A stretch of 64,000 nucleotides of DNA, taken from contig OX597821.1 in NCBI GenBank assembly GCA_951406725.2, forward strand, positions 81,282,001 to 81,346,000, written 5' to 3'. The position numbers and the translations under genes are program-made. This stretch comes from Octopus vulgaris. Taxonomy: Eukaryota. Position 1 is the stretch's first letter, and every line of letters starts with the position of its first letter. Under the pieces are notes generated by a model, which was given only the letters and a program-made list of their open reading frames with translations, ran no database searches and had not been told where the DNA came from. Below are positions 12,060 to 25,957 of the stretch, piece after piece.

Positions 12060-12433
12060 CGCATGGCCTAGTCATTAGGTTGTTGCCTAGACGATCGGCA
12101 GATTGTGGGGTCGATTCCCGTACCGGGCAGTGTGTTGTGTTCTTAAGTAATGCACTTCATTTTACTTTGCTCTAGTGCTGTATAGGGACCAGCGCATGCA
12201 AGAATAGGGTCGACGTATACCTCTGTCTGTTATAAAAGGTGACGAAAAGAGGTTGGAGCAGGACTTGCACTCCGATCTCGAAAAATCCTCATTAGCAACG
12301 ACTACCCAAACAGACCCACGGGTTGAAAGGTTATCACCTAAGTGGTGCAGGGGCCTCACCCGCCAGGTGACTAGTAGGTAACTACTAAGTGGCGGATGCA
12401 GCGACGCACTGTCACAACGCAGGAGCCATGTTG

Positions 12434-12495
<62 letters not shown>
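12060..12495 (+). mobile_element. SINE with tRNA head, CORE/Nin-like body and (TAC)n tail
   Basis: GCATGGCCTAGT..GGTCGATTCCC head; GTTATAAAAGGTGACGAAAAG Nin-like motif; (TAC)n at 12434-12495. Confidence 0.6.
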
Positions 12496-12496
<1 letters not shown>

Positions 12497-13973
12497 GACA
12501 CAGCTGTGATCAAGCAGATTTATGATCAAAGGAATTCCATTCGCGACCATTCTGTTATATAACAGTATCTATGACTACATTATATAATATAGCCTTTCCT
12601 CAATTCAGATGGTAAAGTGTGATTTAAAGGTGATTAAGTTGCTATTTCTAGCACGTCAAACGATCAAGTGGACGCTATCAGCGTTGACTCGTAATGACGA
12701 TTAATTATATGAACAGGTAAAATCGGTAGAGCTTCAGGAAAATATTGGGCAGCAATTTAGTTAAGACCTTTGAGATATTCTGAGTTCAAATTAAACCAAA
12801 GTCAACTCTACTTTTTCTCTCCTCCCTGGGTCGATAAAATAAAGTACAACTCAAGTGACAGAGGTGGAGAAATAGACTAAGTCTACAATGATCACCCGTC
12901 CACACGCACGTGCACACACATACACACAAACACACACGCACACGCACGCACACACGCACGCACACACGCACGCACACACGCACACACTTTCTGGTTGCAT
13001 GGCGTTGTTACTTGATTAAAAATCAAACGCTTGTCCTTTGCCCGATTGCTTACAGCGACATCTATTACTCATTGCTAAATGAGAATAAGGCCTCGATTTG
13101 GGTGAGGGGGTGAAGAGAGTAGAAAGATGGTTGGCGGTTTCACGTCCAGTACCTTGGGCAGGTCTCTTCCTTCACTCCGAGCCGACCACTGCATTACGAG
13201 TGAATTTGGTGGACGTAAACTGTGGAAGCCCATCGTACACATACAGGTGTGTGTGTGTGTGTGTGTGTATGAGAGAGATAGAGAGAGATAGAGAGAGAGA
13301 GAGAGAAAGAGTGTCTTTGTGGTTATCTTTGTCCTCACCATCGCTTGACGACCGGTGTTGGTTTGTCTACGTCAACATTAAATAAATTTCCGAAGGAATT
13401 CTATTCGACGTTCTAACGATTCTAGCAAACCAGTACCGGTTTTATTTTAATTGTACTTATTTTATCGACCCTCGGAGCGATGCAAATCAAACTAATCTCA
13501 TTACAAAGAATAAGTCATGGGGTCGATTTGCTCGACTAAAGGCGGTGCTCCAGCATGGCCACAGTCAAATGACTGAAACGAGTAAAAGAGTAAAAGAGTA
13601 CACCGGGGACTATATGTTCAACTAAACTCTTCTAGGCGGTGCTCCAGCATGACCACAGCCTAATGACTGAAACAAGTGAAGGGCAAAAGGTAACGTGTCC
13701 TTGTTTAAGACAGGATGTTATTTAAGGGATATTTGGCAGCCAATTTGAAGTCGATTATGCGCGCATGTTTGTTTGAAAGCTTATGCCCTCCGCCATGTTG
13801 GCTTATCTTGCAAGTACGACAACAAGTAGACGAAGACTTCCGCAGAACTCTGACGACACAATGGCTTCTGGGATTCATCGATAAGAATGTACAATATTGT
13901 ATATTTGTAATGTGCGTGTGAGTGCGTGTGTGTGTGCAAATGTGTATGTATGTGTGTATGTATGTTTTCTAAC

Positions 13974-14006
<33 letters not shown>

Positions 14007-14010
<4 letters not shown>

Positions 14011-14278
14011 GTAGGAGTGGCTGTGTTGTAAGTAGCTTGTTTACGAACCACATGGTTTCAGGTTCAGTCCCACTGCGTGGCACCTTGGGCAAATGTCTTC
14101 AACTATAGCCTCTGGCCGACCAAAGTGGAAAGAAGCCTGTCGTATATATACATATATATATATGTGTGTGTGTGTCTGTTTGTCCCCCACCCCAACATCG
14201 CTTGACAACCGATGCTGGTGTGTTTACGTCCCCGTAACTTAGAGACCGATAGAATAAGTACTAGGCTTACAAAGAATA
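14007..14278 (+). mobile_element. SINE family A, internally deleted
   Basis: Family A head and body. Confidence 0.8.
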
Positions 14279-14366
14279 TATACATACATACTGTAGCTAT
14301 GCTGGAGCACCGCCTTTAGTCGAGCAACTCTACCCCAGGACTTATATACATACATACATACATACA

Positions 14367-14425
<59 letters not shown>

Positions 14426-14657
14426 TATTTAATAAAAGTTTGATTGGGCTCGTGAAACGAACGTAGTATAGGTAATCGAAAATAAGCTCAAGATGTTATT
14501 GCTCAAGCCAGGTTCCCTGGCGCCATTGATATTGATACATGAATACAAAAAAGAAAAAAAATGCAGGAATAAATAAATAATTTGATATTAAATGCAGAGG
14601 GCATCAAAAACATAAACTACGAAAATATATATGAGGCAGAAAACGAAAACTATATTA

Positions 14658-15941
14658 TTGGGTTGTCCGGAAAGTTTTTGCCGATTTATAGTAGCTTACC
14701 TTTCGACTTATTTTATAACATAATTGAGTCCATAAAAAGGGATTTGACTACACCTCCATTTAGAGCACAGTTTAAGCTGTCTTTTCGTGGAAGAAGGTTT
14801 ATGTTCCTATAACCTGTGTTAATTCTGTAACCCTTTAAAATGGAAGATAAGAAAGTTCATTTTCAGTACTTGATGCTTTTCTTTTTCCGTAAAGGGAAAA
14901 ATGCTTCACAAGCAACCAAAGAAATATGCGCAGTTTACGGTGACTTTTCTTTATCCGAAAGAACTCTACGGAAGTGGTTCGCAAGGTTCCGAGCTGGAGA
15001 TTGTAGCCTTATTGATAAAGGGCGATCAAGCAGACCATCCACTACAGATGATGACGAAATCAAGTCCTTAATTGAGAATAACCCACATTGCACATCCCGA
15101 GAACTGGCAGAAAGCCTCAACCTATCAAAATCCGTCGTTCATGAGCACCTGGTAAAGCTTGGGTACACTAATCGCTACGATGTTTGGGTACCACATGAGT
15201 CAAGTGAGAAGAACTTTTTGGATCGCATTTCCATCTGTGATTCGCTTTATAAACGGAATGAAAACACACCTTTTTTAAAGCAAATTGTGACAGGTGATGA
15301 GAAATGGATTATCTACCGAAATATTCAGAGAAAGCGATTCTGGAGTAAGCGACATGAGCCACCTTTAACCACCCCAAAAGCGGGTCTTCACCCTAAAAAA
15401 GTCTTGCTTTGTGTCTGTGGGGGATTGGAAAGGAATTCTGTACCATGAGCTTCTCCCAAGTAACCAGACAACTAATTCTAAGAAGTACTGCACTCAACTG
15501 GACGAGTTAAAAGCAGCAATTCAAGAGAAACGTCCAGAATTGGCCAACAGGAAGGGTGTTGGTTTCCAACATGATAACACAAGAGCGCACGTTTCTTTGG
15601 GAACCAGATAAAAATTGCTGCAGCTCGGCTGGGATATGTTACCCCCAGCCTCCATATTCACCAGATATTGCTCCTTCGGATTTCCACTTGTTCAGGTCTC
15701 TGCAGAAAAGTCTTAATGGTAAAAATTTCAATTCCTTGGATGATGTAAAAAGATACCTTGATGAGTTCTTTGCCATGAAACCACCTCAATTCTGGGAAGA
15801 GCGTATTTTCAAGTTAAAGCAAAGATGGAGACGCATTGAGCAACAAAATGGTTCATATTTGGTAGATTAAAAATGTAATGGCAAGTATTTATTGACCTTT
15901 TTCTTCCCTTCAAAAATCGGCACAAACTTCGGACAACCCAA
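14658..15941 (+). mobile_element. Full-length mariner (DD34D, mellifera-subfamily-like), inactivated
   Basis: 1284 bp; TIRs TTGGGTTGTCCG(G)AA..TGCCGATTT with TA TSD; transposase 14840-15870 with WVPHE, IVTGDEKW, QHDN, PYSPDIAPSDFHLF. Confidence 0.95.
14840..15870 (+). pseudogene. Mariner transposase pseudogene
   Basis: Three overlapping ORFs (14840..15448, 15411..15611, 15556..15870) join into one transposase across two frameshifts and one stop. Confidence 0.92.
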
Positions 15942-16840
15942 TAGTTACTGATTGTCATAGTTTTGAATTTTTCGGCGAATAAATCAATCGTTAGTTTCGG
16001 GGATCGGCACAATTTTCACTCTTTTTGTCTAAATTGTTTTAATGTTTCTATTTACAGCTACTTCCTCTTAAACGTTTCCTTTGCAATAAATAAGTGCATA
16101 AGCACCGTCGTTTCTTTAAGGATCTGATTCATCAATGTATATATGAAATGTCCTTTGTACTAAAATAAATTACTGTATTTACTCAAGCATAGGTCGCACT
16201 ATTTTATACTTGATTATAACTGAAAAACAAAAAAAACTTGGATGCGATTTGTATAGGAGGCAAAGCTAAAGCTATAAAGGGAAACGATTTTATACCAAGA
16301 GTTAACAGAAAATTAGAGGTGCGACTTATACACAAATAAATACGACGGTAAACATGCAGACGTCAGAATGATATTGTATTGTATGTTTTGTTTTTGTTTT
16401 TGCTATTATGATATGTGTTGCAAATACAAAGGTAAGTTATCGATGATTTACGGGCACGATTTGGTATCGATTTGGAATCGTTTTTCTTATCGGTAATGAC
16501 CTTTGGAAACGTTTGCACAATTTTGTCAAAAAAGAAATAATGGAAACCTTCCGTCAGCTGAAGAATGATAATTTGACGCCAAGAAGAAAAGGTGACTTTT
16601 CGATAAATGACTCTTACCATTTTCGGGAATAGTGGCATGATGCTGTATACTGGATTTTGTATTATGCTGTTATTCACGAGATTCCAGGGTCAGTTTACGT
16701 CGACACGAAGAGCAAACAACACACAACAACTGCGACCTGTACGAGATGCCAGTTGAGAAGACTCCTTCCTCTTCTGTAAGAAAATACCGGTTCCAACCGT
16801 CAACTTGATATAAGGGAAATAGCGATATATTGTAACTTGA

Positions 16841-17566
16841 AGGCGGTGAGATGGCAGAAACGTTAGCAGGCCGGGCGAAATGCTTAGCAGTATTTCGTCT
16901 GCCGTTACGTTCTGAGTTTAAATTCCGCCAAGGTCGACTTTGCCTTTCATCCTTTCGGGGTCGATAAATTAAGTACCAGTCGCGTACTCGGGTCGATCAG
17001 ATCGACTGGTCCCATCCCCATAAATTTCGGGCCTTGTGCCTAGAGTAGAAAAGGATATATTGTAACTTGGGTCGAACAGGTTTGAGACAAAAGGTTACAT
17101 ATAGTAATGACAACATCGAAACCATTTAAGACGGCGAGCTGACGGAATGGTTAACACGCCGGGCAACATGTCCAGCAGCATTTCGTCCATCTTCAGGTCC
17201 TGAGTTCAAATTCCTCCGAGGTCAATTTTGCCGTTCATCCCTTCGGGGTCGATAAAATAAGTACCAGTTTACCAGTTTAGCCCTGGGGTCGATGTAATCA
17301 TTTTACCCCTTCTCCAAGTTTGCTGGCCTTATGCCAAAATTTGAAACCAATATTGAAATTATTCAGAGAGGAATACTGTATCTTGTAGCTGTCAAAAACG
17401 CAATATTTCATATGGTCGTTGTCTCTACATTCTGAGTTCAAATGCCGCCGAGGTCAACTTTGCTTTTCGTGTCGATAAAATAAGTAGCAGTTGAACACTG
17501 GGGTCGATGTAATCAACTTACCCCCACCTCGAACTTGCTGGCCTTGTGCCAAAATTTGAAATCAAT
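16841..17566 (+). mobile_element. Three SINE family B copies (16841-17056, 17130-17350, 17415-17566)
   Basis: Family B consensus in direct orientation. Confidence 0.85.
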
Positions 17567-17959
17567 ATTTCGTATGGTCTGAACATTTTATTGTGCCATC
17601 TGCAACTACAACAGTCTTTGTATTTCATAAGCTAATTAAGGATAGAGGTTATGAGAGACTGCACAAATTCTTTGGGTTCAGTAGGATTGAGTGTCGGTCA
17701 GAGGAAGAAAACCCATTCTGCACGCACAACAATGGCACAGTTTGAGAGGAAGTTTGTAGCACACGAAAAGAGAGGTTGATGAAGATTTTAGTTGAGAGGC
17801 TCAGTTAGAAGGTTCTCATCAAAGACATGACTGAAGAGCTTGTTGGTATAGGGACGGAGATGGCTGGAGAGCTCATTGTTATAGGGACAGAAATGGCTGT
17901 ATGATTAAAAAGGCTCGCTTTGCAACTACGTGGCACTTTGGGCAAGTATCTTCTACTAG

Positions 17960-18600
17960 AGCGCAAATACGCTGTCGGGATCAGCAAAACACTGCAATAG
18001 TTCACGGCAATTTCCTCTGTTAAGGTTGTGACTTTCATCATCATTTTGTCCATGTAAAGGCAACTCTCTTGTTTACACTCGTACAACACTGCATCTGTTT
18101 ACTGCTTTGTTATGCCATTCTTTTTCCAGTTTAGCCGACTCACTAATGGCTGTCACAATATCGTACAGTCCGAAAGTCTTCAAGCTTTCATAACTACTTA
18201 AATGACTCATTGACTTACTGTGATGCTTTCAGTCACTCAGGATGTTTTCATAATTATTATAGCTTCCATCTGTCCACGACTGATTAGCTTTTAGTTGAAA
18301 CAAACAAACATGGCCAGCCATAGAGTTTCTCTGTGGCGCTACTTGCACGAAGCCAATCTGTTTATACCATTTTGTCTGGAATGTTCGAGTTTCAACTTTA
18401 GTCTTTAACGAAGAAGTCGGCCTGCCTACTCGAAGAATTTCACGTTTTTCCGTTTTCTTTCTAGCCCCAACTGGCTTACTTTTTATATCTAGTACTATGT
18501 GTTTCTCCACTTCTAAGTTAAGGGTAAAAATAAAGCAACCCTGCAAATCCCAACTGATCTTTACACACAGACACACAGAATAACAGCAATCGAACAACGA
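17960..18600 (-). mobile_element. hAT transposase N-terminal remnant (TTF zinc finger / DUF4371 region)
   Basis: RTFQTKWY..C.LF..SWT.G and, further on, HGQNDDESHNLNRGNCRELL (GH.DE..NRGN.RELL motif). Confidence 0.7.
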
Positions 18601-18699
18601 CAGCGGAGTGCACAACAAACACCAGCAATCCGACCGTCGCTTATACTCTTAACAAGAGATGTCAGTTAGTCTTTTACATCTATCACGCTCGTTCGTATT

Positions 18700-19132
18700 A
18701 GCGTGAGTTGCTGGGTAATTTTTCGTTCCTTTAAGAATATTGTAGAACGGAAACTTTTCATAGATTCGAATTTAAATCTCTACAGATGCTTGTTGCTTCC
18801 AGAAAACATTGAATTTGAATTCCTTTTAATTTTCACGATTATAGATAACAACTCGGGTGTAACTTCTGAGCCCGAGTCAGGCGAATGTGAACGATGTCGA
18901 GAGAACGTCGGCTACGAATGACATTTTTTGACACGGGGCAACTCTAAGACGACCGCCAGACGGTGAACGAAAAGAAATGAACTGCGACCAGGCTCAATAA
19001 AAGGAGCCCGACTTATTGGCTGCAATTACACACTTGAAGAAGTCAGTAATGAAATCAGCTTGCAAATACACGTTCACTTTACTAAATTTATACTCAGGCT
19101 AAGCCCGAACAGCCCCAGAACCGGGGTCACCA
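18700..19132 (-). mobile_element. Gypsy (CsRn1-like) 5' internal remnant with tRNA-Trp primer-binding site
   Basis: Minus strand TGGTGACCCCGG at 19132-19121 is complementary to the tRNA-Trp 3' end; downstream decayed gag-like FWKQQ.. and ERKITQQLT. Confidence 0.5.
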
Positions 19133-19192
<60 letters not shown>

Positions 19193-20094
19193 CATATATG
19201 CACATAAACATGTGTGTGCGTGTATGTATGTATATTTGTGTGTGTGTGTGTGTGCGTGTATGTATGTATATTTGTGTGTGTGTGTGTGTGCGCGCATATG
19301 CAGGAGAGTAGTTGGTTGAATAGGCCTCGGTACTTGATTGGTACTTTATTTTACCATCCCCTGTCTTCGTGTTTGTCTCCTTCATCGCTTGATAACTGGT
19401 GTTGGTTTGTTTACGATAGAATGAGTACCAGACCTGAAAAATAATAAGTACTGGGCTCGATTTGCTAAACCTTTGAGCGCGGTGCCCCAGCATGGCCGCA
19501 GCCCAATGACTAAAACAATTAAAAGATGAAAGATAAAACCAATAGTTTATTTTAATTAAACAGAATCTAAATTTGTGCCGTGGTTTATTATTCATAATCT
19601 CTTTTAACATTCCATCCATGTCTTTAGATCCTTGCGCCTTTGTTAAATTTTTATGGAAACTTAATAACAAACGATGAGAAGTTTTATATAACGAAATTAT
19701 ATTGGACCTTGTCACACCATTCTTTCCTACTCTAGGCACAAGGGGAGGTACTTAATTTATCGACCTCGGTGGAATTTGAACTCAGAACGTTTCTGCCAGC
19801 TCGCCGCCTTACTATGTCAGAATCATTAATTATATTTATACTCGCTGATAACACAGTCCTGATTCTTTTCTTTTTGAAAACGTGTCTAAAATATAGATAT
19901 TGTATCACCTGTATCAATCACCAGTATCTTTTTGTTGTTAAACACCGCTAATCACAATGCGCCTCCAATTCCGTCTTGATTGCGCTCTTCTTTTCCATCT
20001 TGGTTCAAATTGTTTCACTAAACCATCTTCCTATCCTTACAGAACCTTTTCTGAGTGCCATTTTCCAATCTCTAGTATACCATTCGGTAACTGC

Positions 20095-20277
20095 AAAAAG
20101 TGAGAGAAAGTTGTGGCGAAAGAGTCAGCAGAAATTCCCCATTACCTTCTGTCGGAGCCGAGTGGAGCTTAGGTGTTTCGCTCATAAACATACACATCAC
20201 CCGGTCTGAGATTCGAACCCGCGATCCCTCGACTGCGAGTCCGCTGCTCTAACCACTAGGCCATGTGCAATCACAAG
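20095..20277 (-). mobile_element. tRNA-derived SINE head (family D), 3'-truncated
   Basis: GGCCTAGTGGTTAG A-box and GGTTCGAATC B-box; identical to 22512-22694. Confidence 0.85.
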
Positions 20278-20449
20278 AGTCCATCACAAATATTGCATTC
20301 CAAATTTTAAAACAAATGGACTTCGTATTTTTTCAACAATCCATCCTTTTTCATCGAAGTTTTCATGATTAAAATGAATTTGTTTTGATATTTTTTCGTT
20401 AATGTTCGTCGTCATTTTTCATACATTTGTGTCATATATATGTATATGT

Positions 20450-20835
20450 GTATGCAGCGTTCGTAAAAATTTTTTATCTCGTTTGGCTTAACAGCCCTCC
20501 TTGTTTGTTTTACTGTTATTCTCCGTTGTCCTGTTTATATTTTGTACTGTCGTTACTGTCCTGTTTTTGTTACCATTTTTACCCCTCCGCAAAAAAATCT
20601 CAAATTTTATTTAATTTGATTTCTGCGGGAAGGAAAATATCATTGAAGTCATGTATCGCCTGACCTTCGAAACGTGGAGTAGATGAAATTAAGGCGACTG
20701 AAGAAGGGGAATTTTCCTTGTTTGTATGTCCTGTACTCTATTTTTTCGTCGTTTAAAAAATTGTCCATTTCCTCGGTTTTGTGTTAATGTTTTCGTTTCT
20801 CATTGTGTTCGACGTTTTTATTGGTGTCCTGTAGA
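20450..20835 (+). mobile_element. Penelope-like pLTR/3' remnant, related in inverted orientation to 22910-23012
   Basis: Shared CTGTCCTGTTTTTGTTACCA..ACCC(C)TCCGCAAAA; CGAAACG motif; flanked by microsatellites. Confidence 0.45.
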
Positions 20836-20933
20836 GGTAGGTACGTACATATATGTATGTATATATGAATATGTTTTATTTATTTATTTATATATGACTG
20901 AACGCACGCATCCATTTCTAAGTAAGATTGTTC

Positions 20934-20991
<58 letters not shown>

Positions 20992-21059
20992 CCGTATATA
21001 CTTATTTATTTATTTATGTAATTTTTACGAGGAAAAGTCCGATGAAAGCGAAATTCGGA

Positions 21060-21213
21060 ATACGAGGGGACGCTGAAAAGTTCCTGGCTTTGGGTAAAAG
21101 AAAATATAGGAGGATCAGTTAATTATGATTTGATTCAACATATTCCCCTCTCAGATTCACACACTTATTGCAGCAGTCCTTGAGGTTTTCTAAGCCCTGT
21201 AAAAGAACTCGGA
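21060..21213 (-). mobile_element. Mariner (irritans-like) terminal fragment
   Basis: TACGAGGGGACGCTGAAAAGTTCC terminus followed by a reverse transposase C-terminus (KCVNLRGEYVE). Confidence 0.6.
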
Positions 21214-22380
21214 TTTAAATACCTGATTTAAATATTCCTCTGCCAACACCTTCAAACATTCAGTGGACTTCATTACTCTCCATTTCATATTTGCCTCACC
21301 ACAATAAGGTACATATCGGTGACAATGTGTTCTACCGACTAGGTTAAGAACCACTCATCTACACCGACGATTCTCACCACCGATAAGAAGGGGTTTCAGC
21401 TACGGTTTTTACAAGGGAGTTCAATAATATATATATATATATATATATATACAGAGACATCTCAAAAGTAAGGAGACTTGCCTCTTTATACGTAAGTATA
21501 TACACACGCACGCGCACACACACAAATGCACAATGTGTGTGTGTGTGTGTGTGTTTGTGTGTGTCTCCCCACCATTTCACAAATTGCTTTGATTTGTTTA
21601 CGTCCAGTAACTTAGTGGATCGGTGAAAGAGACCGGTAGAATAAATGTCACCTTTTAAGAAAATAGTACCAGGGTCGATTTGTTTGAGTACCATGGAGTG
21701 TGAACCTGTACATTGTGGATAGACCTGGAACAAATAGCGAAATATCCTTAAAAAATCCCACCTGTCGTTTTAAAACCCTGTCGTCTCATTTCATGGTTGA
21801 GCTCCGTTCAAATTGCTGACACCTTTCAGAAGGACACAATACCACACGGTCTCATTTCTTTCCTCCAAGCAGTATCGTAGCTGAGGGTGGAGCTTAGTTT
21901 TTTTGGTGGGTGGGAGGCCTTGCACAAATGACGCTTTTATAGGGGCGGCACTTTTGGATCTAGAGCTGGGGGGGGGGCATACCTATGCAAGTGTGTACCC
22001 CCACCACCTTACTTCGTCTCCTCGTAACTTCCAGAAAAATGGATATCTTTTAATGGAATTTTCTACAAATATGCTTCAGATGGTGTAGATTCCGATTACA
22101 TCGGAATTTGTTGTGAAAACTTTTGCCGGGGAGCGGAGAGAGAAGTTTTTTAAAATTCACACGAATCGGCTTTGTTTCCCTAAAACTTTCAGAAAATGGA
22201 TATTTTTTAAAGAAATTCTCTACAAATATCTCAGAATGTGTAAATTACAATTATATCGAAATTTAATGCGAAAAGGAAAATGGTGAACACGCAAACATAC
22301 ATACTGACACACTTCACAATTTTTCGGGAAATTTCAAGTTCCATTTTGTGGATATTTGTGATGTGTCATTATGTATACGT

Positions 22381-22694
22381 GTTTGTTTGTTCCTTTTCAA
22401 GCCATGCTTGGCTCATAAGGGTCGGTTTCCCGGTTTCCTTGGCGTATAGGCTCCTCACCTGGACGGGAAGCCGGTCTGTCGAAGGTGAGCTGCAAGATGT
22501 AGGAGAGGAGGAAAAAGTGAGAGAAAGTTGTGGCGAAAGAGTCAGCAGAAATTCCCCATTACCTTCTGTCGGAGCCGAGTGGAGCTTAGGTGTTTCGCTC
22601 ATAAACATACACATCACCCGGTCTGAGATTCGAACCCGCGATCCCTCGACTGCGAGTCCGCTGCTCTAACCACTAGGCCATGTGCAATCACAAG
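22381..22694 (-). mobile_element. tRNA-derived SINE family D, full length (V-domain-like)
   Basis: tRNA head, GACAGACCGGCTTCCCGTCCAGG V-like motif, (AAAC)n tail. Confidence 0.8.
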
Positions 22695-23299
22695 TATATG
22701 TGTAAGCCCACTAATTTTTTTTCATATTATTAATCGTAATTTCCACACTGAAAGGTATTTGTAGAAAATTAATTAAAAAGTACAAATTTTTCTGAAAGTT
22801 CTGAATGTGAATTTTCTGAAACTGCTCCCCATCTACAGAACAAAAAATTCATTACAAAATACGATTTCATCTAAACCATATGAAGTGTATGTGTAAACAA
22901 TTTCGTTGGGATTTTGCGGAGGGTCAAAGTTGGTAACAAAAACAGGACAGTGGAGATATACAAGGAAACCGAACGAAAACAAACATGGAGGATCGTTAGA
23001 CCAGGCGAGGTAAAGTAGCGAACGCTGGAGAAATATTGCCTTTGACAAGAGAAAAGATAGAAGAGGAGACAAATAGAAATACGAGCAGTCTGTACGACAG
23101 CACTGAAGGAAAAGAAAATGATCACGCGAGGAAAAGAAAGATAGACGATGGTCACGTGTGAGCAACGAGAGAGAGAGAGAGAGAGAGAGTAAAGGAGAAG
23201 GGAGAGAGAGACAGAGAGAAAACAGTGAAGGGAATAAAAAAGAATTAGAGAAAGAATGAGAGAAAAAACGAAAGGGGGAGAGAGAACAGTAAAGGGTAG

Positions 23300-24170
23300 A
23301 GTCACATCAAAAATATATTAAGGTAAACTTACTTTGAAATGGATGCACGCGGGTGTTATTCAAATATTTATAATTCCGACATATACTGGGCTTAGTAAAT
23401 TAATTTGGTTTCTAAAGGAACATAATAAACAATTTGGTTTGAAATGGAATATTCTATCTAGATCCTTTCCATATGATAAAGGTAAATCCTTTTGTCCGCT
23501 CTGTACCGAAGAATAGTATCTCATTCTGTTCTCGGAGAATTCTCTTGTAAACACGTTTACAGAACGCGTTTATCGTTGCAAACATTAGCAAAAACATACC
23601 TTTAGTTCCTATAAACACTTTCTACCAATCTATATAATTCAATTTTTGACTATCTTCTTACATTTCATTTCCCCTACAAACATCTATTTACATGCCTTTA
23701 AGCTTTATTTCCACTCATCGCATTATATTTCGCCACTCTGAATTTTCTGTTAATTTCTCTCTTTCTCTTCCTCTTTCTCTAAATTGCCTTTGACGTTAAA
23801 TCTATTAACGGTTTTTAAAAAAAAAATAACTTGCCAGCGTTCTCTTCATCATATACGCGGTAATCACATTTAGTTAAAATGGCTAATTGATGTATTTTGT
23901 TCTCTTTTTCCCCTGATGAGATGATTACATTGTTTTACATCATTTTATTCCCTCAGGAATAATACCAATGTTTTCTTCGAAACATATGTCGAAAGTGACA
24001 CCTGCGTTTAACTCTACTTCTTAATTTTTCTATGTCATACAAGGACATTTCACTAAACCTTGGAACTTCTGCCTTTATAAGTAGGCTGTAAAATCCTTCG
24101 CACTTTTATAAATTTTTGTCTCCCTGGTAACTATTTTTTCCGTGTTATTTGTATACATTGAAAAAATACA
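23300..24170 (+). mobile_element. Penelope-like element (Neptune-type) GIY-YIG C-terminus plus pLTR
   Basis: TGLSKLIWFLKEHNKQFGLKWNILSRSFPYDKGKSFCPLCTEE*YLIL..LVN..E..RCKH; hammerhead-like motif downstream; inverted PLE-like segment upstream (22700-23290). Confidence 0.75.
23905..23995 (+). ncRNA. Hammerhead-like motif with extended stem II, downstream of a Penelope GIY-YIG remnant
   Basis: CUGAUGAG at 23913-23920 ... CGAAAC AUAU GUC at 23978-23990, with palindromic stem III ACAUAUGU; stem I degenerate. Confidence 0.5.
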
Positions 24171-24177
24171 CACGCAC

Positions 24178-24761
<584 letters not shown>

Positions 24762-25744
24762 CATATTATATTATATTGTATTCTTTTCATTTGTTTCGGG
24801 CAAATACCACAGAATGCGCTCGTAAAAGTTCCTATGTTTCTTGTTATCGGCCACCACAAAAAAATTTCAAAATGGACTTTTGTTTTATTACCTGCATGCC
24901 TGCTTAGCGGTATTTCGCCCGTCGCTACGTTCTCAGTTCAAATTCCGCCGAGGTCAACTTTGCGTTTCGTCCTTTCGAAGTCGATAAATTAAGTACCAGT
25001 TGAGTATTGGGGTCGATGTGATCGACTGTACCCCTCCCTACAAAATCCAGACCATGTGCCTATAGCAGTAAGGATTATTTACATGTCTGTTCAATGATTA
25101 GAGAAACACAAAGGGTGGGGAGGTTTTCGAACTTCCTCTCTCTCTCTCTCTCTCTCTTAGGCTTGTTGTGATGAACCACAAGTAACGCCCAATGATTTTT
25201 CTCTTTCTTTTTATTTTTATCCTTTGTCTCTCTCTTTGATGAGTTGTAACGATTCATAAGTAACACCCAAAATTTAACGGAGCTTCACGATTGGTGTAAA
25301 ATGGTAAACATCGGATTAACATCGGATTAACAAAAAAAAAACATTAATGTAAATGCCCGAGGAAGCAACACATGTAATAGAAGCATACTCAAACTTCATA
25401 GGTATTAGAAATAATATTGAATGATATCAAATGGATGTGAAAATGTTCTCACAAATGAACATGTGAGCTACAGAAACGTATGTCGCAATACATTAATAAA
25501 ATCTAAAAATTTCCATCCACAAGTTATATATATGTGTGTGTGTGTGTGTGTGTGCGACGAACTCTTCAGTTTTCGTCTACCAAGTCCACTCACCAGGCTT
25601 TGGTCGGCCTGAGGCTATAACGGGAGACACTTGCCCAAGGTTCACTTAGTGGACATGAAATCACGTAGTTAGGAAGCAAACATTTTAACAAAACAAGCAT
25701 GACTGTAGTTCCGTCTTAAAGCATGGACATACTGGGCCCGTTGG

Positions 25745-25957
25745 GTGACTGGTTATAAAGTAACAGGAAAAAAAGTTACAGTAATAAAGTCAGAATTTTG
25801 GCTAGGAAAAAAGTCACAATTGATTTATGGGATCTGGACAAAACCCCCTCGAACCCCCACTTCCGGACAAAACCCCTGTGACTTTCTTTCTTGTGACTTT
25901 ATTACCGTGACTTTTTTTCCTGTGACTTTTTACCTGTGACTTTTTTTACCTGGATTC
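25745..25957. mobile_element. Foldback/MULE-like MITE with tandem subterminal repeats
   Basis: (AGGAAAAAAGTCAC)-like repeats on the left, (GTGACTTTTTTCCT)-like repeats on the right. Confidence 0.6.

Noticed and set aside
13755-13890. Possible exon or start site (GCGCGCATG, CCGCCATGTT)
   Set aside because: No convincing splice-site pair or recognisable protein; the ATG frames stop within a few dozen codons.
16363-16770. Possible piggyBac transposase remnant on the minus strand (IPNRARKSSITYLCIC)
   Set aside because: Only a faint motif resemblance, with no TTAA-flanked TIRs found.
20200-20270. tRNA-like sequence
   Set aside because: SINE head with A and B boxes continuing into SINE body; no complete cloverleaf.
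20640-20700. Possible hammerhead (TTGAAG...CGAAACG..GTA)
   Set aside because: Core and stems are too degenerate to call.
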